A DNA stretch of 63,958 nucleotides, filler included, from Stramenopiles sp. TOSAG23-2 (Eukaryota), in assembly GCA_900128395.1 (NCBI GenBank). It is 4 parts of 4 records of this genome, joined end to end, with 100 filler letters (N's around TTAATTAATTAA, not from the genome) between each part and the next. Parts side by side here need not be neighbours in the genome. Positions count along the whole stretch, not along the records: positions 1 to 16,999 come from LT649660.1; 3 more parts are not named here. One strand, 5' to 3'. Position numbers and translations under genes: made by a program. Below, piece by piece: positions 1-15,100 of this stretch. The notes below the pieces were generated by a model, which saw only the letters and a program-made list of their open reading frames with translations, was not told where the DNA came from and did no database searches. The first letter of the stretch is position 1. Every line of letters starts with the position of its first letter.

Positions 1-183
1 TTGAACATTATTATTTACCACATGAGGAAGAGAGGAAGTAAAACTATTATAACTTAGATTTTATTTTAATTTTATTAAAAAGATAAAAATAATTACGAAG
101 AGTTCGTATATATTTTTTTATAAAATAACATCATATAAATATATATTATTTTTAGGTTTCAATTTACGCTCACTTTTATTTTT

Positions 184-3100
184 TTATTTTTTACCACCAC
201 CTTCACCTCCCATCAACACCATTCGTTGGTGTTGTTCCGTCAATGACAACGGGCTATGCTCTTTTGAAAAGCCTGTGGCAGATTGTGCACCGGCTGTTGC
301 CTCGATTACACCGGTTGGTGCAATATTGTCTGGTATATCGTTACCAGTTGCGCCTGTTTCGCCAGTTCCGCCGCTTGCTGCAGTTGCACCACTTGCTCCA
401 CTCATGCTACCCGTTGCAGATTCTTGATCATTGGTAGGTCCGCTAACATGTTTCCGTTCATTAGCTCCAGTTGTACCACTTTCATGAACACCAGTTGGTC
501 CACGTACTTCGTCTGCTCCAGTTGCTCCAGATACACCTGTTGACCCGCTGAATCCAGTACCACCTGTACCGTCAACACCAAGAATTGCTTCCAATTCTTT
601 CTCTGTTGCATTTACCGCGTTTTTCGTCACAAGGTAACTAGTTGCGCTTTTATTTACTGCCGTTTCTGCAGCGAATAACACACGCGAGGCGTTCCCTTCA
701 CGTAGCTTCAACGAGGCAACTATCTTCTCATCTTCCGTGCCTACCTTTTGCCCCTTCTCCTTTGCAAAATCCAACGACTTCTCTCCATCAGAGACTTGTT
801 GTTTCAGCCCATTGTCTAAAACTTCAATACGTTTTGCAACCGTTGTTGCATTCGCCAACTTTGCCTTCTCCAAGGCCGCTTGTGCTACCTGCACCTTCTT
901 CAATGCAAGCAAGTTCTTAATTATCCTTGCTTGCGCAGCTGCTGCTTTCGTATCGCGTGCTTTCTTCTCCTTCAGAAGAACAGCATCTAATTCAGCTTCA
1001 GCACTCGTTGCTTCAGCTTCCGCTGCGGTATGAATATTTTTTAAAATATCCATGCCGGCAGCTCGTCGTACCGAACCACGCGAAAGTTTGGTGGCCTTCT
1101 CTAATGCAACATCTAGACGTGATGGTCCAGTAGAGGCAGAACTAGTTGATCCCGTTGCACCAGTTAATCCCGTTGATCCCGTTGCACTAGTTGCTCCAGT
1201 CGACGATGCGGTTGATCCCGTTGCACCAGTTAATCCCGTTGATCCCGTTGCACCAGGTGCTCCAGTCGACGATACGGTTGATCCCGTTGCTTCGCTTGCA
1301 CCAGTTTCATCTGAGCCGAGCGCAATCACACCACCATCAACAACACCAATCGTACCAGTTTCCGAAGCACCAGTCTCCGCAGAACCAGTTTCATCCCATC
1401 GGGAATCCAAACCAGTTTCAGCATTGTCAAACATATGCCCAACAGCTTCCAACGCATGGTTGGTTACCGCTTGCATTTGCTTGACCGCCATATTGGTGGT
1501 CTTCGTCAATGCCACCTTTGCCTCCCGTGTGGTCTTGTTTACGACCAAGCACCCCACGCACGGTGCTTTTTTCGGTGCTACCACTTTCTGTACCGGTGGT
1601 TTTGCGGGCAACGACGTATCCACCTTCGCAACTGAAATGTTAACCATTTCTTCCATGTTCCTTTTTTTAAAGTGTTTCACCACTACCACACCCGACTTTG
1701 GGCCGCCTTCATCTGGATGAAGTACAGAAACTTCCAACCTTCTATCCAGTTCCAACACCTTCGGCTTTTCTTCCTTCACGGTCTTATTCAATGCTTGCGT
1801 TGCATTTACTACCGCCAATTGTTGTTCCATCAACAACTTCTTGCTAATACCGCCCGTCGCAGCCATTAGTTTACGTAATGCGTCTTCCGCTTCCACCTTC
1901 TTGGTTTCAGCTTCCGCAATATCCGTGAAATTCTGCTGTTGCGCAGCAATCTTCTGCAACAGCTTCTTCTTCACTGGATTGCTCTCGTTCCGAGCCGCAT
2001 CCTTCAAAAGACGGAGTTTATCTTCGTCCTTTGCCGCCTTCCTCTTCGCTTTGGTCACGTTGACTTCAGCTTCTTCTTCCGCAACCGATCTGTTAAGAGC
2101 TTCCTTCTCCTGCTCCAACTTTTCCCTCGCCTCCGATGGAAGGTCTTTATCCAAGACCTTTTCAAGTTCCTCCAACTTTTTCTTTCCATTGCTAACTTTA
2201 GCTTTTGCTGCAATTACCTTTGGATCCATCTCCAAACCCGTTTCCGCTGATCCTGTCATACCAGACATACCAGATGCACCCGTCTTTCCTCCAGTTGCAC
2301 CAGACGCTCCACTAATACCGGAAATACCGCTGATGCCAGTTGCTTTTTCTTCTTCCTTCAAGAAGTTAGCTGCAATGCCAGCACTTGGCCCTGTCGCAGA
2401 TGCGCTCATCAACGCAAGCAATTTTTTAAGTGGACTCGCCCCACCTGTAGTTCCACTACTTCCAGTAGCCATTGCTTTTTCCACGGCAACCTCCTTCTTT
2501 TTTGCCGCATCAGCTTTTGCTTTCAGCTTGGTGGCTTTATCTTCCACTACCAAAGCTTTCTCCTCCGCTTTATCCGCCGCTTCCCTCCTTCTTTTTTGCC
2601 GCATCAGCTTTTGCTTTCAGCTTGGTGGCTTTATCTTCCACTACCAAAGCTTTCTCCTCCGCTTTATCCGCCGCTTCTTCATTTTCTTTAGAAGGGGATT
2701 GCTCAGCTAATTCCCGAGCTTCCTCCGCCTTCTCCTCGTCCTTACGAGCAAGATCCTTTTCCTTCTCCGCCATCGCTTTTTCAGCAGCAACTTCTTTTTT
2801 CGCCTTTGCTGTTTCTTTTGCACCTTCTGAAGCTTTCACCGCTTCTAATTTGTGCAACATAGCCGTTGCTACATTGTCCACCGCTGCTTGAGCACCACTT
2901 CCAGTACTCCCAGTACTCCCAGTACTTGCAGGAGCAGCCAACGTGTCTTTTGGTATCAAATTACCAAGACCGGCGAACGATTTATCAGCCAAGAGAAGCT
3001 TCTTCTCTTCAGCTAACTCCTTTGCTATTGCTGCTGGCCCAGTCGACGCCGTTGCAGATGGCCCAGTCGATGCAGTTGCAGATGGCCCAGTTGACGCCGT

Positions 3101-6100
3101 CGCCAAAGAACCAATTCCAGTCGCGCTAGTTTTTCCTCCAGTAGCGCCAGTTTTTCCTCCAGTTGCGCCAGATGCACCAGTACCCCCAGTCGCTGTTAAA
3201 AACTCAGCTTCCGATACGCCTTGCTCCTCCGCAAGCTTACGTACCTTTGCAACTTTTTGTATATCCTGTTGCATTGCTGCTTCGTCGTTCTTAACCTTTG
3301 TCTGTTGCAGACGTACCGCAGCCTCCAACTCTGGCGTATCCTCCTCCTTTGCCTTCTCCTTTAGCGCGGAGAGTTTCTGCATTTCGGATCCAATTGCTTC
3401 CTCCTTCGCAATTAGATCCGCCTTCGCTTTCTTTGCAACACGTTGTTCTGCAGAACCTGTACTTCCGCCAGTAGCACCTGTGCTACTTATTGCTTCCTCC
3501 TTCGCAATTAGATCCGCCTTCGCTTTCTTTGCAACACGTTGTTCTGCAGAACCTGTACTTCCGCCAGTAGCACCTGTGCTACTTCCTGTACTTCCTGTAC
3601 GGCTACTACCAGTTGCACTACTTCCTGTTGCACCTGTAGTACCACTTGCACCAGTTGATCCACTTGCACCAGTTGATCCACTTGCACCAGTTGCACTAAT
3701 ATCGTTCACTAATGCCGCCATTGGTGAACCTGCACCAGTTTCGGAACTACCTCCAACTTTTTTCAGTATTAAAGTTAATACTTTGGCACTACCTGTGCTG
3801 CTAGATGCACCAGGAATGGATGCAATAGCTTTCATTGCTAATTGCTCTGCACCACTTGCACCGCTAATACCGCTAATACCACTTGCACCTGTGGAACCAC
3901 TGGCACCTGTACTTCCTGTACTTCCTGTACTTCCCGTACTTCCTGTACTTCCCGTACTTCCTGTACTTCCCGTACTTCCTGTACTTCCCGTACTTCCTGT
4001 ACTTCCAGTCGAGGCTGTTCCACCTATACCACTCCCAGTACTTCCACTGGCCGATGAACCAGTACTTCTACTGGAACCAGTTGCACCAATACCAGTTGGC
4101 CCAATTGATGCAGTAGCACCAAGACCAGTTGCACCCGTACTTCTACTGGACGACGAACCAGTACTGCCACTGGACGACGAACCAGTACTGCCACTGGACG
4201 ACGAACCAGTACTTCTACTGGAACTAGTCGAGGCAGTTGCACCAATACCAGTTGCACCAGTGGATGCCGTAGCACCAAGACTAGTTGCACCAGTACTTCC
4301 ACTGGACGACGAACCTGTCGATGCGGTAGCACCACGAACTGTTGATGCCATACCAGTTGATGCAGTAGCACCAATGACAGTTGCACTACCAGTTGATGCC
4401 ATACCAGTTGATGCAGTAGCACCAAGACCAGTTGCACTACCAGTTGATGCTAAACCAGTTGCACCTGTACTACCACTGGAACCTGTACTAGCAGTACCTC
4501 CAACTACACCTGTACTTCCGCTGGACGACGAACCAGTAGTACTTCCACTGGAACCTGTACTAGCAGTACCTCCAACTACACCAGTACTTCCACTGGAACC
4601 AGTATTACTACCTGTACCATCTTCACCATCAACCACGCCAGTAGCACCACCAGTGACATCATCTTCACCATCAACCACGCCAGTAGCACCACCAGTGACA
4701 TCATCATCACCACCATCCACGCCAGTAGCACCTTCCACACCAGTACCACCAGTAGTACCAACATCGGTATATCCTACACCAGTCTGTGCATCACCGATAT
4801 TCACCTCATCGGTATCGTATGGATCAACGTATTTACCGCCTGTTACCCCCGTATTTGCACTACCAGTTGCACCTGTAGATGCCGTCATCCCGGTTGGACC
4901 ACTTGCAGCTGTCATTGCAATACCACCAATCATACCAGTTGGTCCAGTAGTACCCGACATATGACTTCCACCTGTCATACCAGACATACCCGTCATACCC
5001 GACATACCCGACATACCAGTACCAATATGACCAATCATATTTTTTCCAGTAATGATTGGACCTTTTGGGTCTCGCAACCATACCATTCCGTGTGGTCTGT
5101 GCAATTTTTCACCAACCAACACATACCAAGATGGTACATTCCTGCGCAATTCATACAACCTTTTGGCTGCTACAATGTAAAGTCCCATCAACTCCTTGCG
5201 TTTACCTTCTTTCACTTTTAAATCTTTTTCCAGATTCAACAAATCAACCTTTGCAAATCGTGATTGAAGTTTGTATTCATCAACAACATCACCACTTCCC
5301 TCATCATTATCCCGCATACCAACTTCATTCGCTTTGCTCAATGAATCCTCCATTGCTAAACGATCTGCCAATATCTTGGCATCTAACTTGGCCACCACCG
5401 CACTTGCAAAACGTACTGCTTTTAATTTAGCAGAGACATCATTCGTCGTACGAATCAAGGATTGCTTCATGTTCCATTTCAACATTGCATCTTCTTTTTC
5501 TTGATGTGCTTTTACCATGTTGGTAATGCGTTTTCTTTCAGCATCTTTAGAAAACATTTGTTGCTTTCTCATTGAAGATACTGCTTGCACCCCACCGTAC
5601 CGTTCATTCATCACATGTTTAAACAGGTTTACATCTTTTTTCACATGCTTTTTCACAACATCCAATGTATCATCATCCATACCATCTTTAATACTCAATG
5701 GTGATGGTGCATCGTGTGTACCAACTACTTCCTTCGCTGGGCATTTATTATTATTACCTGCACCTGCAAATACATATGTATTTACACATACATCACCAAC
5801 CAATGGACCATCTTTATTACCATCGTAACAACGACCATTGCACCAACCACATTGTGTATCCCCATCAACTACATCAGCATTATGTGATAAACATTTACCA
5901 CAACTTGTAATTTGCGCACATGTTATTTCTGCGTGATGATTAACCCTAACCAACTTTGGTGCAATTTTTTCTTCCTCATATGCAATTTCTAATCTACGTT
6001 TACGTGCTTCTAAATCCACTACATTCGTTTGCAACGATAGTACCTTTCATTATGTAATATGTATATATATATATGGAAATGTTAGTATTTGTGTGTGTAT

Positions 6101-9100
6101 ATATGTGTGTGTGTGTGTGTATATAGAAGTAGTGTGGAGATGTATATATATATATATATGTATGTAGAGGCTGTCGTCGTATAATTGAATACGCCAACAT
6201 GGTGCAGGATTATAGCAGGATATGTATAGATTATATGACGGTGCAGGAGTATAGAATACGCCAACACGGTGCAGGATTATAGCAGGATATGTATAGATTA
6301 TAGACGGTGCAGGAGTATAGAATATGCCAACACGGTGCAGGATACGTACCGATGCATGCGATTTCAATGTCTTTTTCTCCAACATGGTTGCTTGCATTTT
6401 CAATAAATGCAATAATGCAATATTACGTTGATTCATCAAACGTTTGGACCTAATTTCACGACGTTCTTTTGCTAATTCCACCACTGCTTTTGTAAATGTA
6501 ACTTGTTCTTGTACATAGGTATTATTTCGGGCTGCACATGCTTCACGCAACTCTTTAATATCAGCACGTAATGCATTTGCTTGACGATGTATTTTTCTTG
6601 TCAATATCTTCGTTTGTTGCTTTACTGCATTACTATTCACACCATCAAATCCATTTGATTGTTCTAACGTAGCATCAGATGCTTCCTCTTCCAATTTGTA
6701 CGAGTTTAATTTTTTCAATTGTACATTCAATTTGCCAGTACAAGCTTTCAAATGATCGGAGGCCAATATCAAAGTGAAATTTTGATGTTTGACATTATCT
6801 TCTAATAACACCAAACCATCTTTTAATCTTTCTACATATGCCGTTGCATCATCTACTTTCACCGATAATGAAGTGATCCGTTGCATCAAATCCTTAGATT
6901 GTTGGGTTAAAGCTTCCTCCGAACTCTTTTCCATTTCCAATGCATATTTCATCTTCACAATTTGTTCAACAACTTTTTCATGTGGTGATACATTTTCACC
7001 AGCTAAACCGATTTTCTTCGTGTTGTTTTTATTCGTACTAACTTTGCGCAAAACATTCACCATTTCTTGTGGTGTCAATTTATTTAAAATTTGTTGAATA
7101 GCAACGTTTATCGAATGATTATGTGAATTTACTGAAAATGTAAAATCACTTTTCAAACCACCTTTTGCAAGACGAACATGTCCTTTAGCTGCATCGTTAG
7201 ACGTTGGTTTATGATCGCAACCAATTGATTTAGTACCAGGCAATGTACCTCCAAGTGAATCATCCGTTACAACAACTGGTGCACATGCCGATTCAGCAGT
7301 TTCAATTGTTTCTGCACTTTCTAAAAAGATAGCAGTTTCAATTGCCGTAGTTGTTGAAATACTATGACCAGTTATTATTGGACCTTTTGGTGTGCGTTGC
7401 TTCTTCTTTTTATTTGGAAGCAAATGCTTCTCGATCAAATCATCTGTCTCTGTATTGACAGGCTTTGATGTGACAGATACATCACCTACATTCACGCGGA
7501 TCCCCATTTCTTGCAATTTTTCAATGACTGCTTTTTGCATAACATTAGCATTTTCATTTCCTAACATTGCTTTGGCTTTGTCATCTAAATCTGTAATAGC
7601 CGTATCGTTCGTTGTTGCAACTACGTTTGCTTCTTGATGCATTAATTTGCTCATGTTTCTTGCCACTTTGATTTTTGATGAATCGTCGTGTACCTTTGCT
7701 TTAACTTTACCATCACATCCAGTAGATGCAGTGGCAGATGAGCCAGTTGCAGATGAACCAGTTGCAGAACCGGTTGCTGCTGCAGCTCCCGTAGTACCAA
7801 TAACACCTGATGCGGAGGAAGCTGAACCAGTTTCTGAACCAGTTTCTGAACCAGTTTCTGAACCAGTTTCTGAACCAGTTTCCGTACCAGTTTCTGAACC
7901 TGTTTCTGAACCACTCATACCAGTTTCCGCACCCGTACCACCACTCATACCAGATTCCGCACCCGTAACATAAACTTTCTCCGCATCTTTCAATACATCT
8001 TCAGATGCTAAATCTAATTTCGTCATAGCTTCAACGCCAGTTTTAGCAATTGCTTCAAAATCAACGCCACCTGTACCACCACCGGTTGACCCGCCAACCA
8101 CCTGGTGCAGGTACGGTTTCACGTATTGCAATCCATATACAATCTTCTTGTTGATATGGCCACCAAGACTCCAAGTTTTAATAACATGGCGATCGTATAA
8201 AGGACGTTCTACTTTTAAAACATTGAATTCTAATGGCAACGTTGTCATGCCATATACATTTCTTAATTTGTCATTCAATTCTTTATTTAAATGTTCAACA
8301 TTTATATTAATTAAATTGACCAATACATTATCTCTACATTTATCAGTAGAACAAATAAAACGTAAAGACATTTTCACCGTCATGTATCCAATATTTTTAA
8401 CATTCAATGTATCAAAGACGAAGGAATCTGACATACCAGTAGCAATTTTAGTAGTATCACCAGTAGCAATTTTAGTAGTATCTGCACCTGTACCACCAAC
8501 ACCACTATTGGTACCAGATGCTGCACCTGTACCAGATGCTGCACCTGTACCAGATGCTGCACCTGTAATACCACCACCAACCTGGTGCAGGCCTGCCTTC
8601 CCGCCAACCTGGTGCAGGAGGTTCACGAATGTCGATTGTATACCAGCAGTAAATGCTAATGTATTAAATGCCATTTTATCAACACCTTCAATAATTACAT
8701 TGACGGATATGTTGTAAAATTTACGTTCTGCACTACCAAATTTTTGAATTTGTTGCAAGTAGCCATCTCTTAAATGTTTCACATCGTTGTATAAATTCTT
8801 TGCGCTTGTTAATTTCTTACCAAATTGATCACGATGTACAGCATCGCTCACTTTCTTATGCGCATCTACTACTTCTTTTGATGTAAATGTTTTTGCTGCT
8901 TCTAAAATTTTATGGTACATTCGTTCATATTCACGTGTTGTTTTTTCACTTTGTCCAACTTTCATATTGGAGGCATCATCCATTTGTTTCTCTGGAACGC
9001 TGAAATCGGTAGATACACCTTTTGAACCAACAGCTTTGTGTTGCACGGGATCATCGGTTTCCGTTACAAATGGAGCTGGTTTGCTAATTGAAGTTGCAGT

Positions 9101-12100
9101 AGGCAATACCACATTGGATACATCTTTTTCCAAAAGTTCTCGCACCAATGCAGATCCACCAGTTGTACCCCACGCATCGACGTTGTTGTTACCAGTTGAC
9201 ATTCCACTGAATTCATTCATATTGATAATATCGGAAATATCAAGCTTCGTCGTTTCAACCCCAGTTGGCCCGGTAGGTTGCCTTGGACCTGTAATCCCAG
9301 TGGTCCCTGTAATATACGTAGCACCAGTTGCCATTGTTACTTCATCCTCTGCTGCTGTAGCACCTGTTGCGCCACCGCTAGCTGCTGTTGCGCCACCGCT
9401 AGCTGCTGTTGCTGCGCCACCAGTTGCCCCCCCAGAGGCTGCACCCGTATTCGTACCAGTTTCCGCACCACTCATACCAGATGCACCAGATAATCCACTA
9501 GCCGCAGTAGCAGCTGCACCACCAGTTGATAGCGAAGCATGATGTCTATGAATCTTGATTCTTTTCTTAATAATTGCTAACCGTTTATATGGTACAAGAA
9601 TTTTAATATGCTCCATTTTAGCTTTTACCTTCCTATCCATCGTTACCAATTTGTTGACTGTAACAGCTTCATGGTTCATTTGGCGCACGACACTTTCCGC
9701 ATGTTTCAATCCATTCAAGACACTTAACCTATTCGATTTTGCGTTACGAATACCGTTCATGGCGATATTTTTACGTTGTTGTGCAAATACTTGATCTTTG
9801 TGCGCGAGCTTAATTGCAAGGAGTGCTTCTTGATATCTTTTATGTTCAATGACGATTTCCCCAGATATAGACGCAACAGAACTTGCCTCCCTTCCTTTTT
9901 GAACTGCTTTTTCCGCAACTTTTCTCATCCTCGTGGCAATGATTTTCAACGTTTTGTTCAATGGATGGAATTCCAATTTATTTTCCAACGCATCTGCTTC
10001 CCCGACAAGTTTCCTTGCGACTCTAGATAAAACATCACGCCTTGATTCTAATTTGACTTGTTCAATTTCTAATTTATGATTTTCAGTAGCGGCACATTTT
10101 TGGATTTCTTTAGCATGTACCAAATCTTCGTCCAATTTGGCCATTTTTTGTTCTTCCACTTTGATAGTTTTCACAACTTGCCCAAGTTTCAATTGCGTAA
10201 CATATAATTTCACATCATTGAAGCTGGAGCCTTTATTGATTTCACCATCATCGCTGGTTTTTTCATGGATATCTGAATATTTCCGTTGTTGTCCACGCAA
10301 TACAGCACGTTTCTCTTTCAATGCTATTAATTTTTTATCAACTTCTTCACGGGATTTCAATAATGAATCTAATTTACGCACTGCAACGACTAAATTCGAT
10401 GCAGATGCATGTAAACGAGATGGTAATAAACGCAGGGATGCGCTTACGTACGTATCACTATGCGGCAATCGTGTATTGCCACTTGACATCAATTCCGGAT
10501 TCGAAGTAGCAGCACTTCCTTCTGATTCAACCAACCCAGATTCAATTACGTCTACGAAATTTTTTCTTTCATTATATACATGCAATTTTTCAATTGCGGT
10601 GTTGATGGCATTTCTTGCTTCTTCCTCCGCTTGTATGGCTTCTTTCATGTCGACATTTGCATTTGACATAGATTCATGTGCTCTTTGCAATCTCTTTTGA
10701 ATTAATGCTTTGAACTTTGATAAAGTTGCACATAGTTTCTTACGTGCACTTTGTTTACTTTTAATCGCAGACAAAACTTTCTCACGTTCACTTTTTAACA
10801 TATTAATAGCCGTAGCACCTGTAGCCGAGCCAGTTTGACTACTACCTGCATTTCCTGTGCCACTACCCGTAGGCCCAGTTGCGATGATTTCAGTTGATAA
10901 AACTTCCTCTTCAACCATGTCATTGTTTGGTCCAGTTATGCCATCGATTATTAATCCAGTGGCACCAGACGATGCAGTGGATGTGCCAGTCATACCACCA
11001 GTAGCTGCCCCCGTATTGCTTCCAGTTGCGCCTGTAGTTCCTGTGCTACTTCCTGTAGATCCGCTTATTCCCGTGCTACTACCCGTAGCACCACCACCAC
11101 CAGTTGCTCCTGTCTTACCAATCGGTGCAATATTTAAAATATCAATTTTTTCTATCTTCGAACTGACTTTCACAGGAGTATCTAAATCAAACATATCTCC
11201 TACTACTTCGCCAAACGTATTCGATTGAATGGATTTAGCTAAACCATTCGCTTTAACTGATGCCTCGCCACGATTGTCGAAACCATCCAATTCAATCACA
11301 TACTGAAAATAGCTTCTCAATGCACTCTTTGATTCACTACTTTTGAATCGCATCAAATCGTCTTTATTATTTTTTACATTGTTGTTGTTGTTACTATTGT
11401 TTTTGTTATGAATTGGGACGCGTCGAATAATAATATCATTACTATCAACACCATCCGTTAGTGCTTCTACAGCATCATGTAGGAATCTATCTGCTTTCCC
11501 ATGTAAAAATAGATGCTTTGGTCCTAAATCAACTGTCATACGAGTAGCAATTGGACCAACTAATTTCCTAACCACTGGCTTATCAAAGCCACGTTCCAGA
11601 CGTAAAATTCTTGTTTTAATTAACAGATCTAATGACGGTGGACCTGTCATGCCTGTGCTTCCATCTAATGACGGCGTACCTGTCATGCCTGTGCTTCCAA
11701 CCGAGTAAGTACCAGTAGAGGACGGACCAGTATTTGATGCGACTCGAGCACTACCAGTTGCACCCGTATTCGACGCACCAGTTGCACCCGTATTCGACGC
11801 ACCAGTCGCACCTGTGCTCATTTCACTACCAGTCCTCCTCCCCTCCCATTTTTTAAACATACCCGCTTTTGATTTACTAAGTTCCTCAAAATCTTTTGCT
11901 AATAATGCTCGTTCCTTTACAGCTATTAATTCAACTTGTGCACCAGCTAATGTTCTTTGCGCCAATGCCCATCGTTTGCAATCTTTTAACATTTTCATTT
12001 TTGCCTTTGTAAATGTACCAATAGCTTTAGATACTTTTTCCGTCTCAAGTTTATGCATCATTCTCAACATCGATACGGTCTCTTCGTTTTTATGTATAGC

Positions 12101-15100
12101 ACCGGCAACAATCTTGTTGTATTTGGCTAAACGTTTCGATGCGGTTAAACGCATCTTGCGTGCTCGCTCGTACAATTTTAATGCGGATTCACTAATTTGT
12201 TGTATCTCCTCCAATTCATCCTTTGCAGCTTCAACTTGTGCTTTGCTACTTTGGCGTTTAATCATTTCTACTGTATCTTTGCTATAAATTTGTTTCGACA
12301 ATGTCTCTAATGCATGTTTGACGTGCTTCTGTGCATCTGCATTTGTACCAACAATGCTTTGGAAAATTTTCAATTTTCCCATCAAGGTTTTCAATGGGCT
12401 TTTACGTGCTTTCAACTCCAAACCGAGACTAACTAGCTCGTTATGTTGTTTTTCAAACTTAAATACGATATCTTGCGCTTGTTTCAACACGTTCTTTCGC
12501 TCATTCAAAGCATTCGAGGAAGTTGCAAGACGTTGTCCCGCTCGGCTTAATTCATTCTCGACACGTTTTTTCTCAAAATTTGATTCTTTGATTAAACGGT
12601 TGGAAACTTTTTCTACTATATTATCACGTTGTTGGCTTGCTTGAGCTACAGCATCATCTGCCGTAATAACATTTGAACGCAATTCCATTGCAGATGGATC
12701 TTCCAAATCAACAGTTGGTGGATATGCAATGTTTGATTTCGTACCAAGTTGATTCTCATATTGATTCATATCACCTGAACGTTGAATAGCAATGGTGTAT
12801 TTTTTTCTTAAACTACGTATCTTGCCTTTTTCCATATCAGTTGCACCAACTATAGGGTAATGTAAATTTAACGCTTCATGCTCTTGTCGCTTACATAAAG
12901 TTATTAAACGTTGCAATTTGCTACTTAAATGCAATGCTGCATTCAATTTACTTTCAAGCCTTTTAGACGCGTCCAATTTTGAATCAAGCGCAACGTATGC
13001 ATCACGTGCATTTTCCATCGCTTTTTGCTCCTTTAACAATGCTTCCTGAGTATTTAGATGTTTCATAGCAGCAACTTTTACCTCACCAACAACTATTTCC
13101 GATGGATGTACAGCATCACCATCTTCATCGGATCCATCCGTATCATCACTATCGCTTTTACCATCTGTGGAAAGTGCATTAGTAGTAACGTTTTTTGCTT
13201 TCGCTGGTTTCGCTGGTTTCGCTGGTTTCAATTTAATTGGCCCAATGGAATCCATTGCAACTAATCCTTCCGCATCTTTTGTAAATGGTTTACCTACTGT
13301 ATGTTCCGTAATTGGATGTAAAGCTCTGTTCATTCTTAAATCACCACGACGTTGCTTTTCAATGAATGACGTTGTTGCAGTACTTGACTTGCTCTTGGTA
13401 TTTCTAGTTGCCGCTGCTGCAGTCACGTCATCGTCCGTTAATCGTTCTTGTTTCTCCAATTCAATTAAACGGCGATGTTCCGCTTTGTAAGCATCTAATG
13501 CTTCCAACGTCTCGCTTTTCAAACCAGATCCACCCAAGCTAAATAATTTCTCTTGTAAACTTTTAATTTCTTTCCTCACATTTCCTAAACGTGCAACATT
13601 TGTATTTGTCACATTTTCAAATACATTTATTAATTCACTTTTATATGTTTCACTCAATAAATGGAAACGTTTTTGCAATGCTTTGGCTGCTTCATGGACT
13701 TTTTCCAACGCTGCACCTTCATTATCCAACGCAATTGCCAATTCCTCTGCAGATTCTTTTTCCAATCCTTTCATTCCAGTGATTACATTTAAAATATGCG
13801 CTGGGGCAGAACCTAGAGCGCTACGTAACATGGTGGCATATTTTCCCATGATGGAAACGTGCGCGTTTTTCTCACTTAAATCTTCTTTCAAGCTGCTGAT
13901 GGATTTATTTGCAATTTCATACATGTTTTTTTGTGCATCTACCGTTAATTGTACATCTACAACACGATTTTGCAAGGATGCTAAATGGGCAACTGCTAAG
14001 CGTTCTAACAACGTCCATACACCACGCATATCATGCATCAAACCAGCTTTCGCAGCAAAGTCTACATTCTTTTTAGCATTTACAATGGCAGCTCTTGCAG
14101 ATTCAGTTTTAAACTTCAAATCGTTGTAGCTAGCATTTGCTGCGTTGAACCATTTTTTACCAGATTCAACATTCTTTTTTGCATGCATTAAAAGATTTTT
14201 AGCCAACTCATGTGCATGTGCTGCACCAACAATTGCTTTTTTAAACGTCTTACGTGCATTTTCCAATGCTAATTCGCCTTTTGCCGCTTCTTGCGTCGAT
14301 TCAATTGCAGTTCCATGTTCAATGGCTTCTACACTACGTGTTTGTACTGCTTTTTTCGCTGCTGCAACTAAACGTTTATACGAATCTCGTTTTACATTTG
14401 CCATACGCTTTAAATTTGCTTTTGCAACTTCTTCACCAAGATACCCATCGACCCCTTTCGTATTTTTACAATCAGCTAAATCTTGCATTGCTCTAGTTAA
14501 ATCAACCAATGCATGGTAATGTCTACGATGTACTACTACAGATGCTTTTTTCATTTTTTCCGATGCTTTCACCCATTCGCTTTCAGCAGTTGCAAGTTTC
14601 CCTGCATTTGCTTTCAATGCAACATTTAAACCACGCAACAACATGGTCGCAGTCGCATAATTCAAGGTCTTAATATCTTTCAATGAAATACCAGCCGTTT
14701 TCAATGCCTCCTTCGCTGCCATGACACGGGCACTGCCCAACGATGTACTATCTGGATTGTTTTTAAATAAAACTAATGCTTCCTGTAAATGTTTCACTGC
14801 AGCATCTTGTGCCCTAACAGTAGCAACTAACATGGTAATTTCTTCTAAATGTTTCCCATGCAATTTACGCAACGTATCGGTCATGATCGATACGTGGCCA
14901 GAAGTGCGCCCAACTAACTTTTGCAAATGTACCATGCGCAATGCAAAATGCTTGGTACACGTACCTTTCAAATCTTTTTCAAATACACGATTATATGGTG
15001 GTATCAAAACAGGTGCTTCTTGTGCCTTGATTGCATCTTGCACTACTGCTTGTTCAACATTTTCAGACCATTTGCTATTATGTTCCACCGCATTTTGATG

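Noticed and set aside
2570..2604. Programmed frameshift between the 1154-aa and 806-aa ORFs
   Set aside because: Fully explained by a perfect 94-bp tandem duplication.
6047..6052. Stop-codon readthrough between the 3315-aa and 1154-aa ORFs (same frame)
   Set aside because: Two consecutive stops lie inside a canonical GT-AG intron of microsatellite-rich DNA.
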